From the NCBI RefSeq assembly GCF_009914755.1, contig NC_060927.1: a stretch of 64,000 nt of DNA; one strand, written 5' to 3'. A program made the position numbers and the translations under genes. This document shows, piece after piece, positions 14,601 to 27,500 of the stretch. The stretch comes from the human T2T-CHM13v2.0 reference genome, Homo sapiens. A model generated the notes under the pieces. It saw nothing but the letters and a program-made list of their open reading frames with translations, did no database searches and had not been told where the DNA came from. The first letter of the stretch is position 1. Each line of letters starts with the position of its first letter.

Positions 14601-16749
14601 CACGTCTGTTACTAAGAACGGTCCCCAGTATTTGAGTGCTTATGAAATGCAAGTAAGATCCAGGTGTGACTGGAATTGAAATGAGGCAGGAGTGAGGTAT
14701 GTGTGTGGATCTATGTTGGGGTGCAAATCATCAAGGTTTAGGGCCCGTGGGAGGGTGGTGAGCTCCTCCAGGAAGTGTTCCCGTAACTGTTTTCTCAGTA
14801 AGCCCTGAATTATAGCCTATCAGACAGGATCCTGAACAGAAATCTCTGTCATCCCAGTAATACCATGAGGTACCTTTTAAAAGCAGGAGTCAGTTGTAAA
14901 GTAACCAACCCAAAGTGGAATGAATATATGTTTGTTTCTCAGTTTTCACTTTCCACACTTCAGGCACACTTTTATGGCTCAGTTTCTGAAGGCCAGCAAA
15001 AGGAAACAGAAGGAAATAAAGACACGCCTTTTAAAAAGCTGGTCTTATGAAGAGGAAACCATAATGTTCCTGAAAGTGTGGATAGATACAATGCAGACCT
15101 CCTCTAAGAAATATCCAAATGAGATTTTAAAAACTTTATAATGACCTTTTGTGTAGCCTGGCAAAAGCAAATGCAAAACATGATGAATGTGTTACACTTA
15201 TAATGCCCCTTGCCCAGAAGCTTAATTCAATGTGGAGGGAATTCAGACAGTATCCGTGGCCATGTTCCTTGAGGAATCACTGAATGCCTCAAGACCTGAG
15301 GCCAATTTTTGTGATATAGCATACTTTTAGACAAAGCTAAACTGATAGAATTCCCAGGACACAGAAATGCCTTCTCAACCAAACTTACTTTTCAGATGTA
15401 CTTTTCTGGGGTTGAAGCAGGTGGTTTGTCTCAAAGAGGCCTCTGTTTAAAGGAATGTTTGCTCTTTGGGAAATGCTATCACTGGCAGCCTTGAATCACA
15501 TTATCAAGTTGGTTGGCTGATTGAGAGCTTGGCAAAGATCTGAGGCAATGAGTCATGCAACAAAGTGAAGTTTTGATGAGTTAAGGAAGGGAAGGACCAT
15601 CCCAAATTTGGGGGGCTGTCTGGGGTGGGGAAGCTTCTGCTGCGCACAGCCCTGGGGTGGCTATTGGTGTTGGAAACCAAGCCAGTCTCCTGGTCTGGTC
15701 CTGCTGAGACAGGTGAAGTCCTTGACTTTGCAAACAGCTTGCTTTCCTTAGAAAGGACCTGGAAACATGGAGTCGGACAGTTTGTTTAACACTTTAGTCA
15801 TGGTATGCACTTTTGGCCTGAGGACTGAGAGTTTGTGTCTTATTCAAATGGCGAGTTGAGGTCTCCTGCTAGATGGTAGTCTACCAGGCACAGGCTTGCA
15901 AAGGACCTAGAATTTGGTCACCTCCAAGAATGGAGACACTTCCTCCTATGAAGAAGTGATTATTCTTGTTTAAGACCTGGAGAGAAGCTAGTATATCTCA
16001 ATTTTCAGCTTAGCTAGCCAAGTTCTAGCAGGAACTGTGATAATCGAATCAGCAAAGTACATTCTGGGGGTAAAATGTTTACTATACAAAGGTTAATTCA
16101 CCTCTGCAAAGAGATACTTCCTCACCCTCAGAGCTTCTACAGATTTCTGTAGAAGTATTTTTGGGTTTAGTGCCCTGACCATAAAAAAGTTGGGAAAATA
16201 TATTATACTCTTGGGCCCAAGAGTAACTATCAGTCACTCCTGGAAAACTCTAGGTATCACTGGTATTACGGTAGGAAATAAGAAGAGAGTAGGAATTGAA
16301 TGCTTGTTGAATATTGTGGTTGGGGAGAGGAGTAAATTGAGGCTCAGAGAGCTTAATTCTTTGTTCAATCTAGAAGGAGATAGAACTAGGATTTGAACTC
16401 AGGGCTATCTGGCTATAAAACCCGCCACATTTCTACTATTCCATGCTTGATAAGAGCAAGATTCCGTAAGCTGGTAGTTGGAAGGAGTTTCTGGCATCTG
16501 CAGAGAGGGAATGCCTCTTCATTCCTTTTTGAGACTTTTAGTTAAATCCATATGCTTTACATCAGTGTCAAGTGATCTGGGAAAGGCCCTTTTTTTCTTA
16601 CTTTTGCATCTGTTCAATTAGAGAGTGGAACCAGATCACCTCTCAGGACACTGCTGGCCCTGACTCAATGTTTGACCAGAGTAGAGCCAGTGGGCAATTC
16701 TGGCTGTGTATTTGAAATGGATTGTGTTTGCCTTTGTATCAGAGATAAG

Positions 16750-17160
16750 CCAGGTGGCCACAAATCTGTTTCCTCTTCCTAGGCACATGGCTAAATTGTA
16801 TTTCCCAGCCCCCTTGCATCTGTGTGGGCCTTGTGACTAAGTTCTCACCAGTGAATGCAAGGGCAGATTGCTGGGTCATTTCAAGGCCAAGGCAGCTGAG
16901 AGCAGTTATGCTTCATCCAGTTCACTTTGCCCCTTCCACAACAACCTTGGAGACTATGTGATGTGGGTAATAGCATTCCCAAGACGGAAGAGGCTTGGTT
17001 TCCTGAGTCAGTGCTGGTGGAGAGCTGCCAAGGGAACTGCCCAACCAGAACATCTCTGCATTTGACTTTGCACGAGTGAAAAATACAACTGATTGTTGAG
17101 TCACGCTATGGATACGTGGGATTGCTTGTTATAGTAGCTAATGTTAAGCGCCCTAATACA
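16750..17160 (+). mobile_element. MLT1-type LTR
   Basis: catttcccagcc-like segment, gtgactaagttct, and 3' end gttatagtagc...ctaataca. Confidence 0.55.
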
Positions 17161-17239
17161 GGCATCCAGTGTCCATTCCCTCATTCCTTTTTCTGAAAGA
17201 AACAGCATCATTTTCAGTCCATATGCTCCAGAGGATTTA

Positions 17240-18799
17240 CAATCATCTCTCAGTATCCATGGGGGATTTGTTCCAGGACCCCCACAAATGCCAAAATCCG
17301 TGGGTGCTCAACTCCCTGATATAACCTGGTGTAGTATTTGCACATAACCTACGCACATCCTCCCATATACTTTAAATCATTTCTAGATTATTTATAATAC
17401 CTAACACAATGCCTACACATCACTTCATTTGTGTGGATTCATTCTAGTACTTGTTGCGCGGCAAATTCAAGTTTTGCTTTTTGAACCTTTGTAGAATATA
17501 TATATTTTTTGTACTTGTGTGAAGTTTATTGATATGTTACACTTGGTGGCAGACTCCTCCCTGAACGTTTGTTGACCCAAACAGCGTCATTTCTGGATCA
17601 GTTTTAAGTTTCTGCTTTGCGAACTTTGTGAGCATGAGTCACAGTTATCTCCCAAGCAATACTGTAACTTCCAAAGGGAGCACATTTGTCACCAGATCCT
17701 GAACTTTTTAAAGCTACCCCTTCTACTAAGAAAGCAACAGAAAGAAAAACAAGGCTTTCTGGCCTGGGGACATCTTGTCCACTTGTAGCAAGATGAGCAT
17801 TCTGGGGGCTTAAGGTAAGTTTCTGGAATTTCTCATCTGCAGGAACAGCAATGGGCACTTATACTGCAGCATATCTCTTCAAAACTTCTGACTTTGAAAC
17901 AACAGCATGTCCAGAAAGAGGTTTCCATTCCTTTGCTTTCTGAGCATTTGAGCCTACTAAGATAAAAGGTGGGGCACTGGTCTTACTATCTTCGATCATC
18001 TTGTAAGTTGGAGATCATCTTGTAAGTTGGTGGATGCTGCAGAAACTGTGGATCCTTAGGATTAGATAGACAGAGTTGCTTGGGGAAAAGGCCCAGGTGC
18101 AGGTGGCAGTGATGGGTGACTTTGTTGATTCTTATCAGTTAGACAATAAGGGGTCCACATGTTAGAATATCGTCGTGGTTGTCCTGCTTCACTTGCTGCC
18201 ATTGCTAATATCTGAGAAGCAAACCGAGCTGTGTCAGCTGGGACATAGGCAAACTCTGGTGAAACAGCTGTTGGAGATGGTTATGAGGGTGGGGTAGTAG
18301 TCTTAGGGGTGGCTGGTTTGGAAGAAAGATCACGAACTGCTTCAGTTTGCTCAGTGCCTAGCTCAGCATAAATGGATGGAAACTGGGTGGTTTTGTCACT
18401 ACATCCTGTTCCGGTTACATTGTCTTTGTAGATTTTTCCATCTGTGTAGGCACTTTAGATTCTGTTCCCTCTGACCACTTCATCCAGAGAAGTAGTCCCT
18501 TCTCTATACATAATAAGTTCTTTAAAATAAACTGCTGCAAACTGGGTCATGTTCGGTGGGTTGGTTTTGAGAACGGCTTTGCTAATTTTCCTGAGCAGAG
18601 TCTTGAGGCCATAGGGTACGGCAAGTCTGGGCTTTGAAGAAATTATTTTGGCAGGATATCTGTAACTCAGCTTCTTTCCAGCTGTGCTCTTAAGAGCTTC
18701 CTTGTTGCCCCCTTGCTGGAATATTTTTTAAACAAATATTTTAGATCTGCAGTTGATTGAATCCATCTATGCAGAACTGCGGATATGGAGGGCTGACTG
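17240..18799 (+). mobile_element. MER2/MER2B-type (TcMar-Tigger) DNA transposon, split by the CABYR retrocopy
   Basis: Left arm caatcatctctcagtatccatgggggatttgttccaggaccccc... (17240-17500); right arm ...gcagttgattgaatcc...ggatatggagggctgactg (18718-18799); TA on both sides. Confidence 0.8.
17505..18717 (-). pseudogene. CABYR: Processed pseudogene of CABYR (calcium-binding tyrosine-phosphorylation regulated fibrous sheath protein), CR-A/CR-B spliced isoform
   Basis: Minus-strand translation gives ISSKPRLAVPYGLKTLL (RIIa dimerisation domain), KTTQFPS, SSKPATPKTTTPPS, VSPEFAYVPAD and VPIAVPADEKFQKLTLSPQ...SSGSGDKCAPFGSY...RKAET. It is intronless. The start codon is mutated to ATA (18644-18646), and there are frameshifts and deletions. 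AATAAA at 17525-17530 (minus strand), short poly-A, and gaata(ta)ttttt TSD-like flanks. The symbol given is the parent gene; the official pseudogene number is unverified. Confidence 0.95.
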
Positions 18800-19200
18800 T
18801 ATGAGTACTATGAGCCTGGCCAATCAGAGCATTGCATGTCCCCCACCCTTAGCCACAGAGATTGGCTTAGCAATGGGCATTTGAGCCAAGCAGGGCCTTT
18901 GGGGAAGGCTCTGTTCTACTGGCTTTGAAGCTATGATGAAGAATGCAGCTGCTGGGCACCACCACATGAAGAGAGCCTGCCTAAGGGTGGCCGCAGAAGA
19001 GAACAGACAAGAGACAGAAAGTGAGATTGGAATAATCTGCTGGCATTGTGTAAGCCCCTAGGTTCAATCACACTGGAAGCCAGATCTACCCCGGATATTT
19101 CAGTCACCAGAGCAAATAAATTCTCTCTTATTTTTGATTAAGTCATTTTGGGTTGTTTTTTTTTCCTTTTGTCACTTGTTGCCAAAAGGGTATTAACTTA
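18800..19200 (+). mobile_element. MLT1-type LTR (continuation of sequence at ~17165-17238)
   Basis: gcctggccaatcagagcattgc...gccacagagattggc...ataaattctctctta...ttgtcacttgttgccaaaagggtattaacttaca. Confidence 0.55.
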
Positions 19201-20997
19201 CATAGGCAGTAAAGATGAGGAAGGTTTGAATAAAAACAAAACGAAAGTAGCTGCAGGTTCAATGGCATGCTCAGTATCATGAGCTCCTTTTGGAGTCAAT
19301 TTTCTATTTTTTATAAGTCATCAATTTTTATCCACCAAATTTCAGAATGAGTGAATGAATAAAGGCCATGAAGGCCAGTGCCATGAGGAGAGTGAGCTAT
19401 GCTTCAGCCAAAATACAAGAGTAGCTGGTGAAAGGTCTTTGGGGTACAACATCACCTGATCTACAGTTACATGTTATTTTCTATATAATATTTGAAAACA
19501 TGATGTATTAGAACAAATTATTACAACTCTAACTTACATAATGAGTATGTATCACAGTATGGGATGTACAAATAAATGCAATACTCATAAAGTACTTGAT
19601 GGATTTCTTTGACAATCAGCAGTGGTCTAGCTTGAATTCTTCCTGAATGCTGAGGCTCAATTATCATTGCAGGAATCATTGTGCTATTATAGTTAGGCTC
19701 AGTTTGGAAGCTTTAGTAATTGTTAAGAGAAGAAAAACAACCTTCATAAAACAGAAAATAGTATGTGCATTTCAATATTGAGTTTTCCTTAGTTCATACA
19801 AATTGGCATCCTTCTTTACTCAGCCAAATTCAGAATGAATGATTGAATGAATAAATGAATGAATAACAAAGTTACATAATTTACAACCAAAAACCCAATT
19901 CTAGTTGGTTGAACAATAAGAGAGTAATAGCCCCATGAAGTTGAGAAGTCCGGAAGACCAGAAGTCAGACCCAGATAGTGAGATGAGGTCCTCCATGACC
20001 CTCAGATTTTCTTCATGGAGCAGCGTCTTCATCTGCAGGCTTCACATAGTCCTGGCAGACCAGCTTATCTTTAGCAGCAACAAGATGGCTGCAGAGTTCC
20101 AGGCTGTAACATCATTGCAACACATTCTCCAGGTTTAGAGAGAGGGTCTTCTTGCACTAGTTTTTGCAGAGGATGAGAAATCTTTCCTTGCTGGAAGGAT
20201 TCAGTGACGCCCCCTCATCCCCTCGTGTGTCACTGGCCAATCCCTAGAGCCAGAGGGTCGGGAGATACTGGTTGGCTAAAGCTGATCAGGGCCTACACAT
20301 TGTTGGGGGTTTCAACCTCACCTAAATCACATGGTTAGGTAGGGAGGAGGGATGGTTTCCCAAAGGAAATATGGGGAGATTGTTCCCAGGAAGAGGGTGA
20401 ATCAATGATGGGCAGCAGATAACAAGATGTCTTCTACAAACAGGAAGTGTATTTGCTGCAGTAACCTTGAATGTATTTCGATAGCAACTCTTTGAAGAGC
20501 CATTTGCTTCAGTTTGATACATTGAATGGTCTCTAAAGGTCATAGAAAATCTGCAGTAAATGTTATTGAAAGGAAGGAAGGTAAAGAAAGAAAGACTGTT
20601 GGTAAAAGTAACACTAGTTTCACTAGCAAGTTCTCATATTTCAGTGGCTTAACACAACAGAAGTTTAATTCTGTTCTCTCACGTGCTGGTCTGTCAGGTT
20701 TTTCACACTCTGATTCTGAGACCCGGGTTTCTTCTGTCTTGTGCCTCAGCCAAAGGCTCCATAATATTTCACTTTCCAGGCCATAGATGGGGAAAAAGAG
20801 GGGAACATAACCTTTAGGAGGTTTTGGGAGGCCACACATAGAAGTGATACACATCACTTCTGCTTACCTTCTACCGGGCAGAACCCAGTCACAGCGCTAC
20901 TTGTGACTTAACTGCAAGGGAAGCTGGGAAATGCAGTCCAGCTGAGTGTTCAGGAAAACAAAAACAGAAACAAAATCTGTGAGAAAGGAACACAATC

Positions 20998-21303
20998 AGC
21001 CAGGCGCGGTGGCTCATGCCTGTAATCTCAGCACTTGGGAGGCTGAGGAGGGCAGATCACCTGATGGAAGTTCAAGACCAGCCTGGCTAACATGGTCAAA
21101 CCCTGTCTCTATTAAAAATACAAAATTAGTTGGGCGTGGTGGCATGTGCCTATAATTCCAGCTACTCAGGAGGCTGAGGCAGGAGAATCACTTGAACCTG
21201 GGAGGCTGAAGTTGCAGTGAGCAGGGATTGAGCAACTTCACAGAGTGAGACTCCACCTCAAAAAAATAAATAAATAAAATTAAATTTAAAAAAAGAAAAA
21301 GAA
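20998..21303 (+). mobile_element. AluS
   Basis: Full dimer; TSD gaaaggaacacaat. Confidence 0.92.
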
Positions 21304-21442
21304 AGGAACACAATTAAAGAAATTCCATTCCCCTGGTGCATTTGCTGGCAAAGAAAATGTTTTTCTAAATCAAAATGTATTACTAAGACAATAGGTGAGA
21401 ATAGCTGCAGATTACATTGCACAAGTGTGTTAACACTATTTA

Positions 21443-21796
<354 letters not shown>

Positions 21797-24274
21797 CTAG
21801 GAAATGGTGAAGCTGAAAACATATTGGGAACATCTCCTGTTAAATTTCTGGGATCTTTATTTTGGAAAAACTTTCTGAGGTCTAATTTACATATGAGAAA
21901 ATCCTGGCATTTTAGGTGTATAGTTTAATAGGTTTTGACAATCTTACTCAAGCTTTGATAGGGAAAATGTACAGGGAAGTAAGTCTATACTACCACTATA
22001 CAAAAGGGGTTGTTGAAGGAATGCCTGGAAACGTCTCTAAAACAATTTCTCTTTCTTTGAGCTAATTAACAGTGAAAAAAGAATTTTGTCCAAGTCAGAT
22101 TATTGCTTCAGTTTGCTTAACCAGGACAGATGTGACTTCAGCCTTTGAATAGAATGAATATACATAACAGGTTTCTGATAAACCACATTTGCAGTGCTCA
22201 AGAGTCTGGGCTTTGGCATCATATTGATCTGGGTTGGGTTCTTTCTTTGTCACTTGGGCATTCTGAGGTTCAGTTTTCTCTTCCGCAAAATGGGACTGAT
22301 AGCATGCTAGCACTTGACAGGGTTCATATAAAGATTAAAAGAGATAGTACATGAAAACAGTACAATGACTAGCTCATAGTAAGTGTTCAATACACATTAG
22401 CTGCTGTTATTATTATCACCCATTAGAAAAATACCCATTCTTTGAGAAACTCTGGTTTTGTACAGTATATGCCACTGAAAGGCTCCTGAAGACATCATGC
22501 TCAGCTTGACTTCTTCATCTTTTTTTATTCACCATCCCATTATTTTTTTATAAGATATTTTGAATTCCCTGTGGAAGCAGGAACCATAGTAACAAGCTTT
22601 CAGCGTCATTTTGCTTTTGAGATAATCATTAATGGAGTTATTTTGATACTTTTTTTTTAAAAACAAGACAGCCTTGAGCTGTAACTACAAATGCCTTTTC
22701 AAAATCCCCTGATTTATTTTTCTGTTCATCTGAACTCTTGTATCTTCATTTTCAGATGTTCTTGATGAATGGATAATGTTGTCTTTAGATGTTCTCAACC
22801 ATCCTGGGCACGTGAAAACCCACCCGATGGCTCTCATCAAGTGGAAAAGAAGAAGGGGAAATCCGAGCAAAAAGATATTACAGACTCGTCTTCCTGAGAC
22901 ACGTGCACCTGCTAAGGGAGTAGCATTAAGGAAATCTACAAAGTCAGCCTCTGATTATCAAGGTTCTTCCTTAAGGAGAAAAGGAAAAAAGCAAAAGCAA
23001 AATAACACATTTACTTCAAAGAACTCCTGTCTGATTGAGCGAAGGAAAAGTAGCCTCATTGCTTTGATCCTTTCACTGAGCAAAACAACATGAAAAGCGA
23101 AGACAAGGCTCAAAATATGGGCTTTTGTTGAGCGCATCATTAGGAGTGTTTATTGGCTGCTGCAAACACACATCCCAGCTCCAGAGCACGCGGTAAGGTT
23201 TGCTCAATGACAGCATGAGAGCAAGCCTCACTAGCTTCCCCAGGGAAGGCAGGGCAGTTGATTCTGAGTCTCACTCCTTTTCCAAGAGAGGGAGGAGGGA
23301 CCTTAAGTTTCAAACCTCCTTGGCTCCTGGTGAGTTCAGGCTTTAGAAATGCACTTGGATTTTTATTTTAGGCCTTGGTTTGTTTACCCTTGATAAACAC
23401 TGTCCGATTCTTTTCTTCCCTTTGAAGAGAAAAGCTCTTGAATAAGCTGATGAAAAAGGCTTTTTGCATATCAGCTTTTTCAAAACAATGCTGTAATAAG
23501 TGCAAACAAATCAGGATACAATGAATTATATTTCCTCTTTAAAATACAAAGTTTAATGAATTTAAGATGATGGGGAAGTGTTTTTGTGAAAGTGCTTTTC
23601 AAATCCAGAATACTGGGAGGTAGTTAGTACACTAAAAGTATGGACCGAATTTGCCTTCCTATACTTCAGGACAGTATTTATCAACTGGTGTGTGTGGCCT
23701 CAGTCCTTCAGAGGTGACCTGTCACATTTTGATGAATGCATAAAGTTAATTTGTTTTACACTGAGGACACTCCCAACATAGCACTGAGCAGACAGAATGT
23801 GATGCTGAGCGGCACTGTCACCGTCTGCTACAAGGAGGTAAAAGGCATAATTTAATAGTAAGCTGGCACCAAAGAAAGATTTCATAATTTGGGAAATGTG
23901 CAAACACTTTGCTTCATGAGCACATAAGAGAGTGTGGCCAGGTAGGAAGCAGGCCCATACAGCAGCTCTGCTGGAAACTCCACAAAGGTGGAAGCCCAGG
24001 TTTTCTCCTAGCACTTGGAGCCCATGGCCCCACATGGGGCTAGACAACAACAAATCGTTGTTCCATAAATGAATGAATGAATGAACCTGTCACATAGTGG
24101 CAAAGCGTGACCAAGGGGCTTGACTCTGGATGAAATCTGTCAAACTAGACCAGAAAACCAAAGGCTAAGAACCTTTGTTTTGAGCAGGAGAAAACCCTGT
24201 CTTTTCGACAGTCTTTTCTTATGTTGTATGTATTTTCTTGCTTTGCCTCCTGTCCTGGCCTGGAAGCTCACTGA

Positions 24275-24589
<315 letters not shown>

Positions 24590-27500
24590 TACTTGTTTTA
24601 ACTCTTTTGGTCTTTTTCTTCTTTTAGAGGGCATTGTGCATGGCATGAGATGCTAAATGATGCTGAACCCATGAAAGAATCCAGACTGTCATCTTCATCA
24701 CCATCATTATCACCATCATATTCACCTTTGTCATCATTTTTATCATTTTCCTTCATCATCAACCTTCATTATCTTCATCATCTTTTTCTTCCCCTTTGTT
24801 GATTTCATTTTCCCTCGGGATAGTGTTGTGCTGATTTCTAAGTGCTTTCACGGGTATGATTCTGTGGCGGTATACACTTGTGCTCTCCGGCTGACCGGGT
24901 TAGGATTTTCCTTGTAGTCAGCATCAGCATCAGCCCCTCTTCTTGGGCACCTGCTACTGGTTCTGCTTGTTCTCCTGATTCTCCAGGCACATCTTTAGGA
25001 ATAGGCGGCTTTAGGTGCAGTGAGGAAACATAAGCTAGTATTTATTATAGTAAAAGAGAAATTTGTTAAATCATTAGGCAAAAATCAATAATTCAAACAA
25101 AGAAAAAGGGACTAAAAGCAAAGTTGCATTGCTTTCAGTAATGTAAAGTACTCTGCTTTGACCCTATTTTGGCCAGTGTTCTTAGTGAAGAATGCGCCAG
25201 TTCTTAAATATCACATGACTTCCTTATTAGTCTTAACAAAATAACAAAGAACTGTGCATATGAGAATGGTTAGAGAAGCCTTTTCATCTTACTGATATCA
25301 ATACAAATAAAGAGATATTTTGCTGCAACAGGTCCTGGCTTCAAAAAGAGCCATAAATGCCTGTTGTTTTTTTTTTTTTTTTTAATCATTTCTGACTCTT
25401 GGTTTTCAGAGCATTTGATCTCTCTTCTTTCTCTCTCTGGCATCCTCTATCACAAGCATGAAGTGGAGATTCGTGGAGCCCTCGAGCCAGTTCTTTGGTT
25501 TTCAGGTAACTCTTTTAGATAAACTTGAATGAATAAATTCATGTAACTTGACAATTTACTCATTTAAAGAGACAGAGCTACTTTGAGACTTGCCTGAAAT
25601 GAACAATGTTTCCGGCCTTTTAAAAGAAAAATCATCCCAGAACCACACCCTACCACCACCACCATGTGGACTTCTGCTATTTGAATTATGATATTACTTA
25701 AATGCATATTGCAGAAAAGTGGATATAAACTTCTTATGTTTGTAGTTCTTATAAAACCGTAAAACAGAAAACTAATTTATAGGTTAAAGTCAAACAATAA
25801 AACAAATGCAATTAAAGTTAACTGCATTAACTTTAGAAAGACATGGTTTGTGAAAGATATTGTTTTTTGGAAGTAAATCACTGCTTGAAACAAGATGCTG
25901 GCCATCTTGGCTTTTTGTGAACTCCTTTGGTACAAATGCAGTATGTCAGAGTTATGGCCAACTCAGTTCTTCACTCACTAGCCTTTGACAAAGTGGTACC
26001 ATTGGCACCAACATAAAGTAAACACAAATGCAAACTTGGGCTTTGCCTTGTGTAGGTTGGCCATCCAGGTGGTACAGAATATGCTTACATCAATTTAGTT
26101 TATCATCAACATGAAAACGTCAAATTAAAAATTCTCCTTAGAGAGCTCACAGGTACCTGTAAACTCATCCCAGTAACATAGTAAATATGGATTTAGAGTT
26201 AAACGATTGAACTGAAGCTTATAATGAAAATGTTTTGATTATAACACAGTGACCTTTACATGTTGTAAGGATGATTTTGTACTTTTTTCTAAGGAGTCCA
26301 TTTAACTTAGTTATAATTTACCAAATGGAATGGATGTTTCAACAGGAATATAAAAGGCTTTGAAGGAATTCAAAATCTCTTTTCCCTTTTTTTTTTTCTA
26401 TACAATCAGTATGGCCTTAGTTACACTGCAGTAACAAATAACCCTCGAATCCTAGTGTCTTAACCTAATAAAAGTATATTTCTCCACTGTTGGTTGGGAC
26501 AGGGCCTCTGCTCCTGTGGTCACCTGAGGACTGACTCAAGCTGATGGAAGCCTTGACATGTGCTCCCACCATCTCCCTGGCAAGTGAAGAAGGTGTGATG
26601 ACTCATGGCTTGGCTCTCTAAAGTTCAACCTTCTATACACAAACCATCGGTCACAGACAGTTATCAGTTATATGGCCACCCTAATTTCAAAAGAGAGAAG
26701 TACAATCCCACCATGTGCTCACAGAGGGGAGAACTGTAAGTATTTGTGAAGAGCCCAAGTGCCCACCAGCCCTTCCTTAATCCTCCCTCACTTGGTACAA
26801 TAGCGGGACTCTCAGGGAAAGGTACTGCCTCCGATGTCTCTGTTGGGTTGTCTGCCTGCCTTACCTCTTTAAAAATACTCCTGCCATCTTAGAGAGCAAA
26901 TGGGTAATACAAAATAAGAAGTTATATTTATTCCTTTTAGAAAACAAAAGGAAGAAGTATGTAGTTGAGCAAAGGTTGAATAAAAATCACAAATTTTGTG
27001 TTTAGAGGTAATTAATAAAAATAATATTATCTTCCTTCCTGGAGTAAAACTCATCTGAAACGGCTCTGATAGCAAAAAGGTTAGCTTTGGAATTTGAATC
27101 CCATGGTGGATATTGGTTAGCAAACAAGGCCTCCAAACCTTTTAGGGGTATTTGGTAATTATTACTCTTTTGGTGACTGTAGTTATTGAGGAAAAAAACC
27201 TATGAGTATCTTGTATTTTCACTTCTATATTTTAAGTGGCAGTGGGATCAAGGATAATTGTGCATGTAGTTTGTATTTAAATAAGGCACGTGAGTGGAAA
27301 TATCACTGAATTTGCCTCTCAGAAATCAGTCCTCAATCGCGATGTTGAAATGTGCATTAAAAGTACCTCATGCTATGATAATTAAATGTTATGTTTTCCA
27401 GAGATGCTAAATGACAACTCCTGAGGGTCTCAATATTTGCAAGTACCTCTATTTTATATGACAAAACTTTAAAAAATGAGCCATAGTAACTTTTATAAAT

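Noticed and set aside
17505-18717. Naming the locus (e.g. CABYRP1 and its chromosomal neighbours)
   Set aside because: The parent gene is clear, but the specific pseudogene and locus cannot be confirmed from sequence alone.
25870-26160. Minus-strand GQPTQGKAQVCIC resembling alpha-2-macroglobulin/ovostatin GQPVQGKAQ
   Set aside because: Single short motif surrounded by stops, with no neighbouring A2M-like exons; not supportable without a search.
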